A stretch of DNA of 64,000 nt from Hydrolagus affinis (lineage: Eukaryota), in assembly GCA_012026655.1 (NCBI GenBank), contig JAAILG010000825.1, forward strand, positions 1-64,000, given 5' to 3'. Numbering within the stretch: position 1 is the first letter of the stretch; each line of letters starts with the position of its first letter. The translations under genes were made by a program, and so were the position numbers. This document shows, piece after piece, positions 38,881-51,974 of the stretch. The notes under the pieces were generated by a model, which was not told the origin of the DNA, searched no databases, and worked only from the letters and a program-made list of their open reading frames with translations.

Positions 38881-40709
38881 AAACTGAATCTGAACCCCCC
38901 CCAACCCTCTCTCTCTCTCTCTACTGCACCAAAAATTAATTTGGACCTTTGTTCATTGTAAAAGATTGGTAAAGAAGATAAACTGTTCAGTTAAAGAATG
39001 TAATAAAACACATTTCCCATGTATAAATCAATCCCTATCCCATGATTGTTAAACTAAATGATAGTGGTACTACAACATTAGATCAGTATACAATATCTGT
39101 GCCTATTCCATTAAAAACAACAACAACAACTAGCATGTGTATTCATGAATATTGCTGACACTAACCTACAAGGTCAGTGAATTGCAAATATGCACTTTAA
39201 AAAGGTACTCTTCACCCTATTCATAAAGTGCTACTTAAGTAAAAAATATTTCAATGTGTTTTTCACAGTGCTGGGCACTGTGAACGTGGTTCAACACTGC
39301 ACATCACCCCTGATTTCAATGTTCTCAAATAGTTCTTTAAAGTACCAAAAGCCACAGCCATCCGATGCTTTAGTGTAAGGATAGCACTCTATCCTTAAGC
39401 CATACATAATACTATGGATGACAATCATTTACATCTGAACAGGCTCACCAATTTTCCCACCTCAACCTTTACTGGAGTAGGAAGAAACCTTTTGTTATGC
39501 ACAGGGATAACATCAAGGAAAAATATGGGTTTACAGTTAAAATAAAAGCAGCACAAAATGAATTATTTAGTTGAGAAGCTGTGCCATAAATGGTTAATTA
39601 TAAATGCAGGTCTCTCCTTTGTAGTCACTGCAGCTTAAATGTGAAGTGAGACCCACAAATAAGCCATCAAACAGCACAAATGCTCTTAATTCTTTAAGAG
39701 TCCATTTGCGCAATTTTCTGTCCATCTGATTAGGGATCACATATACCACATTACATGTTCTGTTTTAGTAAATGAAAGATTAAAGGACTTTATTGAAAGA
39801 TGGGGACATCAATACAGGCCTTAGAGCACCAAAAACATGCAGATTAAGTCTAATATTAGTTTGTTTGCAATACCAAATGGTTTCCCTTCCAGGATTCTCC
39901 CATTCAAAGAAAAGTGAATATTTTCAACTTCAGTCAATTCACATTAAGAGCAGCTAAACTTTTTTCAAAATAATTGAGTTGCTTTCAACTTTTTTTTCTC
40001 AATAGCAATTTACAATTCAACAGTTAGTAATTGATCCCCAAACTGTTTTGTAGGAATAATACTGCTCTTAAATCATAGGCTTTTCAAGTGCAGAAATCAC
40101 TGAGCCAGGATGAGATTGAAAATAAAGATGGTCAAAGCAAAAATAAATTCCATTTGGTGGCGACCCCATGGGAAAATCCTAAGCACAAGACCAAATAATG
40201 ACAATATCACCCTCATCTGAACTTTAATGAACAGTTTAGATAGGTTGAGACTTTTGTTAGCGGCCCTGAGTTATTTGGGCGCAATTAATAGTGCAGACAA
40301 CCAAACAAAAAGATGCAAGCCACTTCAGGCACTGGCGCGCACAATACTTGATAGAAATCTGTCAATGCGTAAGCTTACACTTATGTGAATTTTCTCTTTT
40401 CAAATTTGCTCTTCTAGAAGATGTGTCTCACAAATGGGTTCTCAGATCCAAAATGCCTCATTATAAACACATTCAACATTGGCCAGACAGGACTCATTTG
40501 CTTTGCAACACAAAAATGTGCAATAGAACATTGCTGATTTCTGAGAAACCAGCAGGTTGTGGTCTTGCACTGCAGGTCCTGAGCGTTTGCAGGAGCAAAA
40601 CAGTCAATGCCAAATTGGCTTCAATATAAAGTTGCAAAATATTCACTGGCTTACTCCACCCTCTCTACATTTCAAATGTAAAACAGCCAATTCTCATCTT
40701 TTTCCATAA

Positions 40710-40925
40710 AGGCCCAGTGGATAAAGACATTGCCTGGCTATGCTGATCAAAAATTGTAGGTTTCAATTCCAGTTTGTCCTGAATTAGCTTTTCTCAGGCG
40801 CAGCAGCAGTTACAACCTCCAATTCACCCTATTATTCTTGGTAAGGGAGGTGCACCAACAGCCAGGCTTCCTGCAACTGGATCATTACCACCTGCTACAA
40901 AATGTGCATTAATGGATGTTGGGCA
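40710..40925 (+). mobile_element. Ancient AmnSINE2-like SINE, 5' half
   Basis: ggcccagtggataaagacattgcc...aggtttcaattcc...ctgaattagcttttctcagg...cagccaggcttcctgc, collinear with the other fragments. Confidence 0.5.
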
Positions 40926-41586
40926 AACAAACACACCTAAGGTGAGTGGGGATCATTTATTATTCCTAAATGCTATTTACTGAAACCTGCTGAAACAGCC
41001 ATATTATTATTATTTCAAAGCAAACAACAAATTTATATTCAGCAACAACATTCAATGTGTTGCAACCATAATGCTTATAACAGATTGCTTAGGTCCAAGA
41101 GACATTGTCTTAGAGATAATGCAGACACTTCAAAAGGGATATCTCACAGAGGAGATACATAAAACCATAATATGAGATTGAGAAAGTAAATCCAGAACAT
41201 TTTCAGATATCCCAAAGCAGGAGAATGAAAGAGCACACATGTTTATTTATAAAGAGCAATCTTAGACACATACAATAGTATTTATTGTATTTGCCATCAA
41301 TAACCCACAACTGATTCTTGAAATGTTTATGCAAAGATGGAAGTGTATTTCAGCAAACCACCACTTTGCAACAATTGGGAAAAGACCAGCTACAGCCTAA
41401 AGACTAAAAAAATGTTTTTAATGTGTTTCCCCTTAAAAAAGAAACAAGAGTGCTTTTCGCATTACTATGTGAATGATCATTGAAAACTTACCAAGCGTTT
41501 GAAAGATTACTCGAGGGTACCTGCCCTGCAGCAGTGTGTATGTGGTGTGTGTACCAAAAGTTATAAAATAAACACAACTGTCATTG

Positions 41587-41931
41587 CAATGAAAGCTCGT
41601 TTATCCATGACCCGATCAACCGGATTGCTCGACCCCCCCCCACCTCCCGGGGCAATTCCCCATTCCAGCAATCACAAGTATGCTCACTTTGCGCATGTAT
41701 GCAATGCATGTGCACTTATTAAAATTTTTACTGATCTTTTTACCGAGTGTGCTGGAATCTTTATTGGGAAGTATCTAAATAAGATCCTGTTACTATTTAG
41801 TGTATTAGTAATAAGGTATGTTTTAAAATAAGTGAATTTTTTGTGTTGGGTTTTTGGCAACTTGCCGCCCGATTATCTGGGAGTCAATTAGTCAACCCCC
41901 CAGAGGGTGCCGGATAAACGGGCTTTTACTG
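41587..41931. mobile_element. pogo/Tigger-type MITE (cagtaaaagc family), 345 bp
   Basis: Left TIR is decayed (caatgaaagctcgtttatcc); right TIR ccggataaacgggcttttactg is followed by TA. Interior is the reverse complement of 46912-47318. Confidence 0.85.
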
Positions 41932-42007
41932 TATATTGTTCTGGCTTGCAGGTCATCCATCTTTAAGTATCTATTAGTCAAAGGGGCTGGACTTCAATAC
42001 TTTCAAT

Positions 42008-42452
42008 ACTCCACTGGCTCCTCATCCCCTAAAGGATTGAATTCAAGATCGTTGTCCTCACCTTCAAGGCCATTCATGGCCTTGGCCCCCACCTCCCTCT
42101 CCGACCTGCTGTCCTCCTATGAACCTTCCCACCCCCTCCGTTCAATGGGTTCCGGCCTGTTCCATGTTGTTCCCCCCCGCCCCCTACCATTGGCAGATAG
42201 GCTTTCAGCCTCTGTCCCCACACTCTGGAACTCCATCCCAAAGTCCCTTCGCCTCACTCCCTCCCTCACCTCCTTCAAGGCGGTCTCAAGACCCTCCTCT
42301 TCGACCGTGCCTTCTGCTGCTCTCCCAACTCTCTCCCTCCCATCCTCTGCCCCTCTCCTTTGCTCAAGTCCCGAGTTGATTGTTCAGCGCCTTGGGACGT
42401 CCTCCCAACATGAAAGGCACTCTATAAATGTAACTTTGTTGTTGTGGTTGTT
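42008..42452 (+). mobile_element. L2 LINE 3' end
   Basis: ctccactggctcctcatcc...gaattcaagatc...ctctggaactccatccc...cagcgccttgggacgtcctcccaacatgaaaggcactctataaatg. Explains ORF 41854-42537. Confidence 0.9.
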
Positions 42453-43274
42453 ATTGAAGCTATTTGATCTAAAGCAAATGCAGTTAATCATAAACTCTAG
42501 AGAAAGAATGAAAAACAGAAATCTTTTTGCCTATTAAGCTGATTTTTCAAGAACAAATTTTTTGAAATGTCTTCAACTTGAAAGCCCACAGGTTTTGCAG
42601 TCTATTTCCATCTTGCAATTTTCCACATCACGTTCTTCACTGACCTGCAGGATAAAATTCTGCAGCTTATTAGGTAGGTGTTTATTTGCCCTTTTAAATG
42701 ACCTTGAGCTCCAATCATTTAATGCCTCCGCAGGCAAACATAAACAAACAAATTTTCCTAAAATCAGCAACCTCCACATTTCCTGCACAGAAATCTGGAG
42801 AGTCACTCAAATCACAAGGGTGTTCCATTCCAGTTTCCAATGTTACAGCTCAAGTTTTAACAAAAATACACAAACAAGTAGCTTTATCCCCGAGTGTGGC
42901 TAAATCAGGCACATCCACAAGGAAAGCAGCATGGTGGGTCCAATAGGATTTTATGAGTGAACTCCCATCGGCAACAGACAAAACTGGAAAAAAAATCTAT
43001 TACACAAGGAAACACGTCAATCACCACTGGTACAGCTTTAAAATATTTTAAAACATTTAAAATTTAATTTAAAATAGCTTTAAAATATACTGACAACATG
43101 CATTGCTGCAGCTTACAACAAAAAAATTACTGATTTAGATGTTTAAAAAAATGAAAATATGCAGCTAAAATAAAAACAGAATTGCTGGCAAATCACAGTA
43201 GGTCAGCCAGCATCTAAAAGCGATAGCTCAGCACTTTGGAGTGACCCTTAATAAGGGCACTTTAAATTACTGAA

Positions 43275-43610
43275 GCAAATGACCCGAAAGTCGCAAGTTC
43301 TATTCACATTCTGTGGTGAAATCTTTGATGTCAACACGGTGCAGCAGTAGGTGCTGTAATTGGCTTCTCACACAAAATATACACTTATAACAATTTTACA
43401 AACTAGAAAAATGACAAATGAAAGCTTTTTGAGATGTGGCAACAATGTGGTAGGTGCTATATCAAATGCAAGGATTATTTTATCTGGTAGGCAAGAGAAA
43501 TCAGGCAGGGTTTCTCACTCATGATCGCTCTTCAGTGACCCCTATTGAAAAGTATATGGGTGAATACTAGTTGGGAACCCTCGTTGGGAACAGATCATGT
43601 TGGGCTACCA
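43275..43610 (+). mobile_element. AmnSINE2-like relic interrupted by a younger SINE tail (about 43368-43482)
   Basis: gcagcagtaggtgctgtaattggc | SINE tail | aaatcaggcagggtttctcactcatgatcgctcttcagtgacccct. Confidence 0.55.
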
Positions 43611-44600
43611 ATGGCTCTGGAGCACCATGTTTGGAACAATTTCTTCAGGAGAGTTGGTAAAGTTGAGGAAAATTGGGAAAAAATGGCACAGAAAATTAAT
43701 TTTTTCATTTCAACTTTTCAGTAAAGATGTCATCATCCCAGTGGACTGTAGAGAATATTAATAACCCCGGCAGTAATAAAGGAGAACATCACTTATCCGC
43801 TTCAGGTTGTATTGAGGTACTGAACTCAAGAGCCATGAAATTCCAGCAAAAAAAAATCCAATTGCATACAACCACACAAGGCAAGTAGCGTCACCATTTA
43901 CTTGTTCAACATCTACCCATCTAGTTTTATGTAGTTTATATTTTGATTATTTCCCAAGCTTTGTAATATAATTTTAATTCGAACATCTGCAACACGTGTA
44001 TCCAATTTCATACTTCATTTCTGATTGTGTTTTAGTGGTTTTTGTTACATTTGTTCTTATCCAGAGCAAGCTTTGTTAGCAACTGGACCCTAATCCTACC
44101 CGTGATTTATCTCATTTTTTTGATCAGCAACATGTCTGACACATGCAAAATCCAATCACAATGCTTAACAGTATCCGAACTAGACTGAAAGTTCCACATA
44201 TGTTCAACTGCTAGAGTTTAATCAGCTAAAACTGTGTAGCATATCATTGAGACATACCTCACTTGAACTAGGAAGTAGTCTATTATTGTGGTGTTTAGGA
44301 GACTTCTCAAAAACTCAATCACTTTGACAACTGCAAGATTCTTGTGTGACAAATATTTTTCACTGTAACAATATCTTCCCAAGAATATACCTACAATTTT
44401 TTTGAATTTCCCAATTTCCATCAAAACATTGGATCATACAGAATTACGTAATGCTAGAAAGGTTTCCATTTACGCAAAAGGTCAATAACTACAGTACTTA
44501 TTAATTTTCTGCAGTCAAAAGACAAAATGATCATGTTTGGTTAATGTAAAATTTACTCATAGTTGGAAAAAATGTGTATAATTATTCACAGGAATAGCAT

Positions 44601-44793
44601 ACAGTTGCCTCGCAAGCAAGAGGACTTGGGTTCGATTCCTGGCAGGGCGAAACGTTGGGCAAGTTTCCTTACTCCACACGCCTCTGTTTACCTAGCAGTT
44701 AGCAGTAACTGATTAAAAAATGATTAAAAAATCATTTGATCACACAATGCATAACTGTTTGTGGGACACTTCTGTGCACAATTGACTGCTGCC
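44601..44793 (+). mobile_element. tRNA-derived SINE, long-core subfamily, partial
   Basis: ttgcctcgcaagcaag...gggttcgattcctggcagggcgaaacgttgggcaagtttccttactccacacgcctctgtttacctagcag. Confidence 0.85.
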
Positions 44794-45271
44794 AACAAAA
44801 GCGTGAAAAGATGATAGTGTGGTTGTTTTTTAAACAAATGCAAATGGGCAGGATTAATATTAGATAAATTTGTTTCATAAGTAAATTTTGTGCAAAAAAA
44901 GATTGTGTGCTTAATTCTTTGTAAATTTTCTTTCAAATAAATTGCATCAAGCAAACAGGAAGTGCCAGCACACTCGAACCTTTCACTCCCTCGAATTCTG
45001 TAACAAGCCCACAATGTCCAATGCCACAGGACAAACACACCAACAGATTTCAGGCATAACTCACAAGCACAATTCATTGCCAGTTTCTCTGAAGCAATCA
45101 CTGCTCTGACTGTGACAAACTCTAGCCAGTAATATTGCATTTATGCACCAATGGCATGGTTCTCATAAACTTCTATAGCGCAGCTATATTTCTGCATATT
45201 TAAGCAAAAATTCAGAGGTTATTCCACTAGTGGATCTTGGCTAGGGTACATATATTATAATAAACTGTGAT

Positions 45272-45687
45272 TAGGGTTTCTGATTTTCAGTTTGAACTAA
45301 TTAAATACGCCCCAAAGAAAAAAAATCTAATCGATGTTTATCCAATAAACACCAGAAAAACATCAGAATTACCAGTCCTGGTGAAATTCTGAGGTGAGGG
45401 TTTCTCACAAAAATTTGATAAGGCACTATATTAAATGCAAGGATTATTAATATTCTCTCGCTCACACTCGGCGACCTCCTCGTGTGTCAATCACACATAC
45501 AGCGCTCTCCACTTCTACCAATCAGTCTCCTTTGTGTTTGTAGGCACACCTGGTGAAGCGTTTGACAGGACACTGGGTATGCATACTTTCTCAGCACAAC
45601 AACAAGAGCCCTCCAAAACGCTAACAATTTTTTTTTAAGTTTAACATTTTTAAATTAAATTAATAAACCCAAAAATCAGAAACCCTA
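45272..45687. mobile_element. hAT-like MITE
   Basis: 16-bp TIRs tagggtttctgatttt and aaaatcagaaacccta. The flanking 8-mers actgtgat (45264-45271) and gctatgat (45688-45695) match at 6/8, consistent with a decayed 8-bp TSD. Confidence 0.7.
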
Positions 45688-46911
45688 GCTATGATCTAAA
45701 GAAATATAGTAGTAGAGCAAGCTCGATAGAGCAAATGACTTAATCCTGTTCTTGTGCTTGTCCTTTGTAAGCCTCAACATAAGTAACTTGCTATACAGTG
45801 CACTCCAATCTAATGTAATATTTAATAGGATATATTTTTGTGATCAAGTTTCCTAAAGAATATAGAATTCATGACATGGTAACCTCAGAGCATAATATTT
45901 AACAACGTGAAAGGACCCATATGTACAAATTAAGCAGTTACTTCAGTTCTTTGCAGAAAGCATTTGTCAATGCATTGTAGTTAATGATGCCATGATTACA
46001 CCAGTGGGCTCCTGACAAGAGTAGGAAAAATGAATGAAAACAGTTTTGCAAAAATTCCACTCAGATAATTAAGTGAAGTTCTTTGTCTTTCAGCGACAGG
46101 CAGGAAGCACTAAATAACCCTGCAGTTTGTGCACAATTACATTCTGGCCTGTTTCCTGTAGGTACTCAGAATGTCTTCCTGTAAATTTGTGCTCAGTCCC
46201 AAACCTCATCTCCTGAGCCACTTAAAAAGCATCTTGTAGGCACACGCTTAGGGAGCAGTTTATGAAGTCCAGCCATATTTTTAAAATTGTCTGTAAAATG
46301 TGCAAGTCATCAAAAACTCTGTCAGTGGGGACCACAAGGCAGTTTTCTGTGCAAGTTTCCCTCTGAAACACACAAACACACAGAGAACTCCCCTCCAGCC
46401 TAGCGTACTCACCAGTAAAGTACAATGGACACCTCATCGAGTGTATAAGATAGTTGAGTTCCTGTTATTTTCTCAGAATATTGCAAATCACAAATCTGAT
46501 ACTCTTTCAAATATTATCATTAACAGTACAATATTGTTTTAACCTAATACTGTTTCAGGTTTTTCATGGTAAACCTAATATACATGTTGCCGGTACTCTA
46601 CTTCAATATTGCTTCTAGTTGGCTAACAACAAACTCTCTATGTCCAACATTGTATAGTTCATAAGGATGAGCAATTCCTCAACAATCCCATGCTTTACAA
46701 AAACAGGAAACAGCCTGAGAGATAGACACCCTCTGCTCTTAGTAACATATTAGTCCTTGGCCTACATTGAAAACATGGGCTGATCAGCTTGAAGTCAGTC
46801 ACAAACTCTCTTCTCATATGCAGTACACGCCCCTCAAATTTTAGGTGCAGAGTTGATGCTACTTTGGGAATGAGTTATGAGCGTGTACTATTTTGGATGC
46901 AAGCCTGGACA

Positions 46912-47318
46912 CAGTAAAAGCTCATTTATCCGGGACCCTCGGAACCTGACCGGTGCTGGTTAATCAAATATGCTGGATAGTCAAGTGGCAAGTTGCCGAA
47001 AATCCTACACAAAAAATTAACTTATTTTAAAGCATACCATATTAATCATAGACTAAATAATAACAGAATATTGTATGGATACTTAACAATAAAGCATTCC
47101 AGCACACTCGGTAAAATGAAAGGTAAAATAAAAATTCCAGCGTTCGTTAAGTTTATTAAGTGTGCATGCATTGCGCGCATGCACAAAGTGAGCGTACCGC
47201 GAGTGTCCCAGATGGCTTCGGTATGAGATCCGGTTGCTTGAATGCTGAATTGTATTGGGAGATACCGGTTGGTTGAGCGTTCCGGTTGGTTGGGTGCCGG
47301 ATAAGCACGCTTTTACTG
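46912..47318. mobile_element. pogo/Tigger-type MITE (cagtaaaagc family), 407 bp
   Basis: TIRs cagtaaaagctcatttatccgg and ccggataagcacgcttttactg; TA on the right and CA on the left. Confidence 0.85.
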
Positions 47319-47624
47319 TATTTAGGTTATGGATTACTTTGCTGAATCACTTAGGCTGTATCCAGCAGTTAGTTCTCTTCCATCAGCTACCTTGCTCCCT
47401 GCAATATGCACAGCACTCCACACTCTTTCGTTTCCATCTACTATAACTTTACAGGAACTGGAAAGTCCAGCGTACTTCAGTATACAAAGTAATTCCTCTG
47501 GCTACAATAAAGCAAAATGAGAAAAACGTATAAATAATTTTCCTGCAGTAAGAAATTCTGACTTTTGTTCCTTCCCTGAAACCTGCATCTTTTCTGGTTA
47601 TGAGGAATGGCTGGGCACATAATA

Positions 47625-48817
47625 CTACTAATAATAATCGTTGCATTTGATATAGCGCGTTTCACATCTTATCAATGTCTCAAAGCGCTTCACAGAATAT
47701 ACTGTAAAGTGAATTGACTGTATATTTGTGGGCAAGACGCGGCAGCCAATTGTGCACAAGTGTCTCACAAACAGTCGTGGATTGAAAATGACCAATTTTT
47801 ATTACAGGTACCCCTCCCCAACCACGGGGGTTACGTTCCTGAAAACCTCCGTGTTTGGTAAAACCGTGGTTGGAAAATACAGGGCCCTATGGGAAACATG
47901 GGGATAGGGGGAGTACGTTTGGGCGCATTGGCTGCCAGGATCTGCAGCAATCCGCGAGGCTGTCTGACTGACTGATTTACACACAGACACACAGTGAGAG
48001 AGAGAGAGAAATCAATGGAGAAGGTGTGGGGGGTGGGGGGGAGATGCAGAGAAGGTGGTGTACTGGGTGACACGGGAGGGGAGGATGTGGAGAAGGTGGT
48101 GTGGTGGGTGACATGGGGATAGGGGGAGTAAGTTTGAGTGCATTGGCTGCCAGGATCTGCAGCAATCCACGAGGCTGTCTGACTGACTGACTGATCTACA
48201 CACAGAGAGAGAGAAAGAGAGAGAGAGGGGGGAGAAATCAATGGAGAAGGTGGGTGTGGTGGGTGACACAGAGGGTGGGGGGGGATGCGGAGAAGATGGT
48301 ATGGTGGGTGACACGGAGGGAGGGGGGGGAAGGGGAGAAGGTGGTGTGGTGGGTGACATGGAGGGAAGGGGATGCGGAGAAGCGACAGTAAATTCATGTT
48401 ATTTACCTTAATCCTAAGAGAGAAGCGACATTGTGGCAGTTTGATTGCAACATCGCAACTGGGTCCCAGCGCCAGACGCTAGCGAGAAGCGACATCGTGG
48501 CTGGTTGATGCAACTGGATCCTAGCGCCAAACACTAGTGTTAATGTTAAAACCCATGGATAAGCAAGGGTTAAGCAATAAACATTGCCGTGGTTACCGAG
48601 GGTTGTCACAGCGAGCCAACCGTGGATAAGTGAAATTAGCGGTAGAAAAAACCACAGTTGGGGCAGGGTACCTGTATTGTGGTTTTTTTGGACTGATCGT
48701 TATGAGGCGTGTGGAGTAAGGAAACTTGCCCAAGGTTTCGCCCTGACCTGCCTGGATTCGAACACAGGTCTCATGCTTGTAAGGTGAGTGCTCTAATCAC
48801 TGAGCTACAAGAGCACA
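47625..48817 (-). mobile_element. Full-length tRNA-SINE split by a DNA transposon (pieces 47625-47804 and 48675-48817)
   Basis: The two halves rejoin into the family consensus at a TA (ttttatta|ttgtgg). Confidence 0.9.
47805..48674. mobile_element. Non-autonomous pogo/Tigger-type transposon with an internal tandem duplication
   Basis: TIRs caggtacccctccccaac and gttggggcagggtacctg with TA TSD. An internal ~215-bp unit is duplicated (about 47897 and 48112). Confidence 0.88.
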
Positions 48818-49024
48818 TCCTGAATTGGCTCAATTAAACAAAGAATATGAATGAATCAGCTGTGTGTATTCTATATAAGAGAGAAAGGAAACCCCACATA
48901 TATATGAACCAAGAAAGCTTATCAGATTGCTGTACTTCTATAACAAGTTACATAATTTCTAATGGTTTTGTAAACTACTTTGAGCCATTTATTTTACATG
49001 AAATGTGTTAATTTACTTTGATAC

Positions 49025-49388
49025 TAATAATCCTTGCATTTGATATAGCACCTTATCACATCTTCAAGACATCTCAAATCGTTTACAGAATATTCTGTAA
49101 AGTGAATTGACTGTATATTTTGTGGGCGAAACATAGCAGCCAATTGCACACAGCAATGTCTCACAAACAGTCGTTGACTGAGAAACTAATTTATTATTAT
49201 TATTTTTGAAGGAATTATTACCCTTGGAAAAGCGATCCACCAATCGACTAAGAACTGGGTTCTACATACTGCTAAGATAAATGGAGGAGTGTTGAGTAAA
49301 GAAATTTGCTCAACATTTCGCCCTGCCCAGAATCGAACCCAGGTCTCTTGCTTGCGAGGCAAGTGCTCTACTGAGCTACAGGACTCCA
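49025..49388 (-). mobile_element. tRNA-derived SINE, long-core subfamily, full length
   Basis: Reverse copy with the extra core segment (aaagcgatccaccaatcgactaag...actgctaagataaatgga) and a ctcgcaa anticodon-like loop. Confidence 0.88.
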
Positions 49389-51974
49389 CAGTAATGAAGG
49401 GCACTTTGAAATGGCAGGGAGCAATTCTGCACTGAAAACCCCTGCAGGAAGGCCCGTGGGCACATAGCTGTTTTCAAACAGCTGTTGAAAACCCCTGGAC
49501 TTTTGTTAGGTTTACGATCAAAGCAACAGGACAGCAAGCATTGAATCCAGATTCTCATCTTAATCTCCTTAATCTTACTATTGAAGAGCAAGGTTTATTA
49601 TTTGCTCCATTCCTAAATGATTCGATTCCCTTGAAGAGCTAGTTACCAGACACTGGTGGTAGGCAACCACATATAGAACTGTGTACAGTACTGAATCCTA
49701 ATGGCAGGGAATGAGTCCCGTGGACAGGCACCCAGGCAATACATCTCATGACAAGCCTATTAATCACGGCTCTGTTACTATTTTTGAAATTGTAAACCTT
49801 AACTTCACCTTTTGTGTATTTCAAGTTACACAGCTGCACAAACCAAGAGCATTTCCAACAATGAACTCAAAGCCTTTTGCTGAACTTGTCATCTGTTAAA
49901 AATCTTATTCCCACATGTACTCTTTCTGAAGTCAATCCATGGGATTTGGTCATAGTTTTGTAAATTCGACATTTCATTTTCAAATATTTAGTTAAACATT
50001 GCGCAATTAATATTAACACTTAAAACTGAATTAGATCCCTAAGGTAAGTAAGTGGCTGTCAATTGCATTCCAACTAGACAGATCCCTTAAAGGAGAGGTT
50101 ATATAGGTTCTAAACTGTGCTCTCCACTTTATTTACGCAATTTACGTTTCGCTGGTACTTAAATTGCTCCCTTGATGATATACTTCTAATGGGACACTTT
50201 GCTGTGAAGAACAATCTGTATCCCCAGTGCTGGTAATTATACCTTAAAACAGTGAAGTGCCTTAAAACAATAACACTGGAGAGTGAATTTCAAGTCATTA
50301 TTTTATTCAATGTAAATTCTTCTCACTGGTTTCCGGTCAGTATTAGTGACAGCTACTATTCGCAGCAACCTTTTCCACTTAGGATACAGATATGAAATTA
50401 AATTGGTAGGAGAGTAACAGCAATCCTAGTGACTACAGGGGATCCCTGTATAACAGCCACTAATCTAGCACTAGCTTCCTCGCGGGCCTATGGTTAACTT
50501 GTGCTAATCAGAAACATGATTTCTATGTCTCTTCTTTATTCTATCATCATCATCCTCAAATCACAGGAGATTAGCTCTGTTGAAGGTAGCAGGAAGGAGG
50601 AGATAATTTGACCCAAACACCTGCTTGCACCACATGCAAATAACTGATCTAAAAGGTAAAAGCCATAACCTTTAAGAAAGGCATTGCTGTTCCTCTGAGT
50701 TGTCCATCATAACTTTCATGGGATGTTATCCTGACATGAAAGGCGCCACACAAAATGCAAGCATTATAATTATTATCAGATTTGACCTCAAAGTAAAAAT
50801 GATACATACAATGAAATGGCCCGTGATCTGATGGTTTCTATTTTCAAGGCAAGCACAATGTAAAATATATTCGACTAGAGATACAGCTAATCCTTGCTTC
50901 AAGTTTGCAAACCCCGATATGCCAAACCTATAAGAGACAAAGTACTGCTGGGACCGATGAGAAGATTTACCATTCAACCAAGGCATTGATCCTACAATTC
51001 AGATCCTTGGGTTGGAAGTTAGGAAAGGTTATTTCCTGCTGCTGATAGAAATACACTACTTTTACCAGACATCTGAATACATCCCAAGGATGAGTTGGTG
51101 GAGGCAAGATAAAGTTGGTCAAATACTAGTTCTTGGTGTTCACATGCTCTTCTGTCTTAAGCTAAAATAATCCAGAGAGCATTCCAATTCAGGAGATTGA
51201 AATATTGGACTGTTTTTGATCAAATTGAGGATACACAAACCAATGAATACTGAGTTTAAATCCCATAGAATTACTGAAGTAATATAAGGCTGACTAGATT
51301 TGAATCCCCACCCCACACTTTCATGTACTGTATTGAGAAACAGAATAACAATCACCAAGAGAAACTAGACAAACCACAAGAAACAACAGCTGGTTTCGAT
51401 ATTAAATTAAGATCATGATGGAGATAATCCAAGATACTTGGGATCTTTTACCATAATGGATCAAAATTCCTGCCAAATCTTCTCTTCAAATCACCATGGA
51501 GTAAACGCTTCTACTTCATGTGCAAACTTAATTTCTGGAAGAATTCCTAATTCATGGAGATATCCATCGCAAAACAAAGTGGAAGTCTGCATTGATAACC
51601 AGAAATATTTGGAGGAGGGAAGAATAAGGTTGGATTGTAACTGTTCAGTGTCGTAAGAAACCATCATTTCAGGTCATTCAGGATTATCAGAACGATGGAT
51701 TCCTTATTTTCTCCTCCAAGTGATCCTTTTCTCCACCTTCCTCACTCAAAATTGGCAACTTTTAAAATTCTCCAGGTAATTGCTACTGCCTGAAAGGCAC
51801 TCTATACATGTAATTTTGTTGTACTTTCCAATCCCTCACCTAAACAGCAAATGCGAGGAAACTAGGGTTTACCAGACAATTCAAACCAAGGAAACTACCA
51901 CAACCACTTGATCCTGTCCACATGCCTACTTTCAAAATGGGGTCTTTAGCTTTCCAACCAAATAGTTCAGGAAC

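Noticed and set aside
38671-38961. ORFs spanning the N run
   Set aside because: Artefacts of translating through the assembly gap.
41854-42537. Longest ORF in the track (227 aa)
   Set aside because: Runs across a MITE end and an L2 3' fragment in shifting frames; a chimeric chance ORF.
47455-47488. 34-nt segment between AG and GT reading GTGKSSVLQYT (P-loop-like)
   Set aside because: Too short, followed by a stop if unspliced, and I found no partner exons of a recognisable NTPase. Likely chance, though RNA-seq could rescue it.
47831-48397. Pro/His-rich ORFs (188, 115 and 62 aa)
   Set aside because: Translations of low-complexity G-rich repeats inside a non-autonomous transposon.
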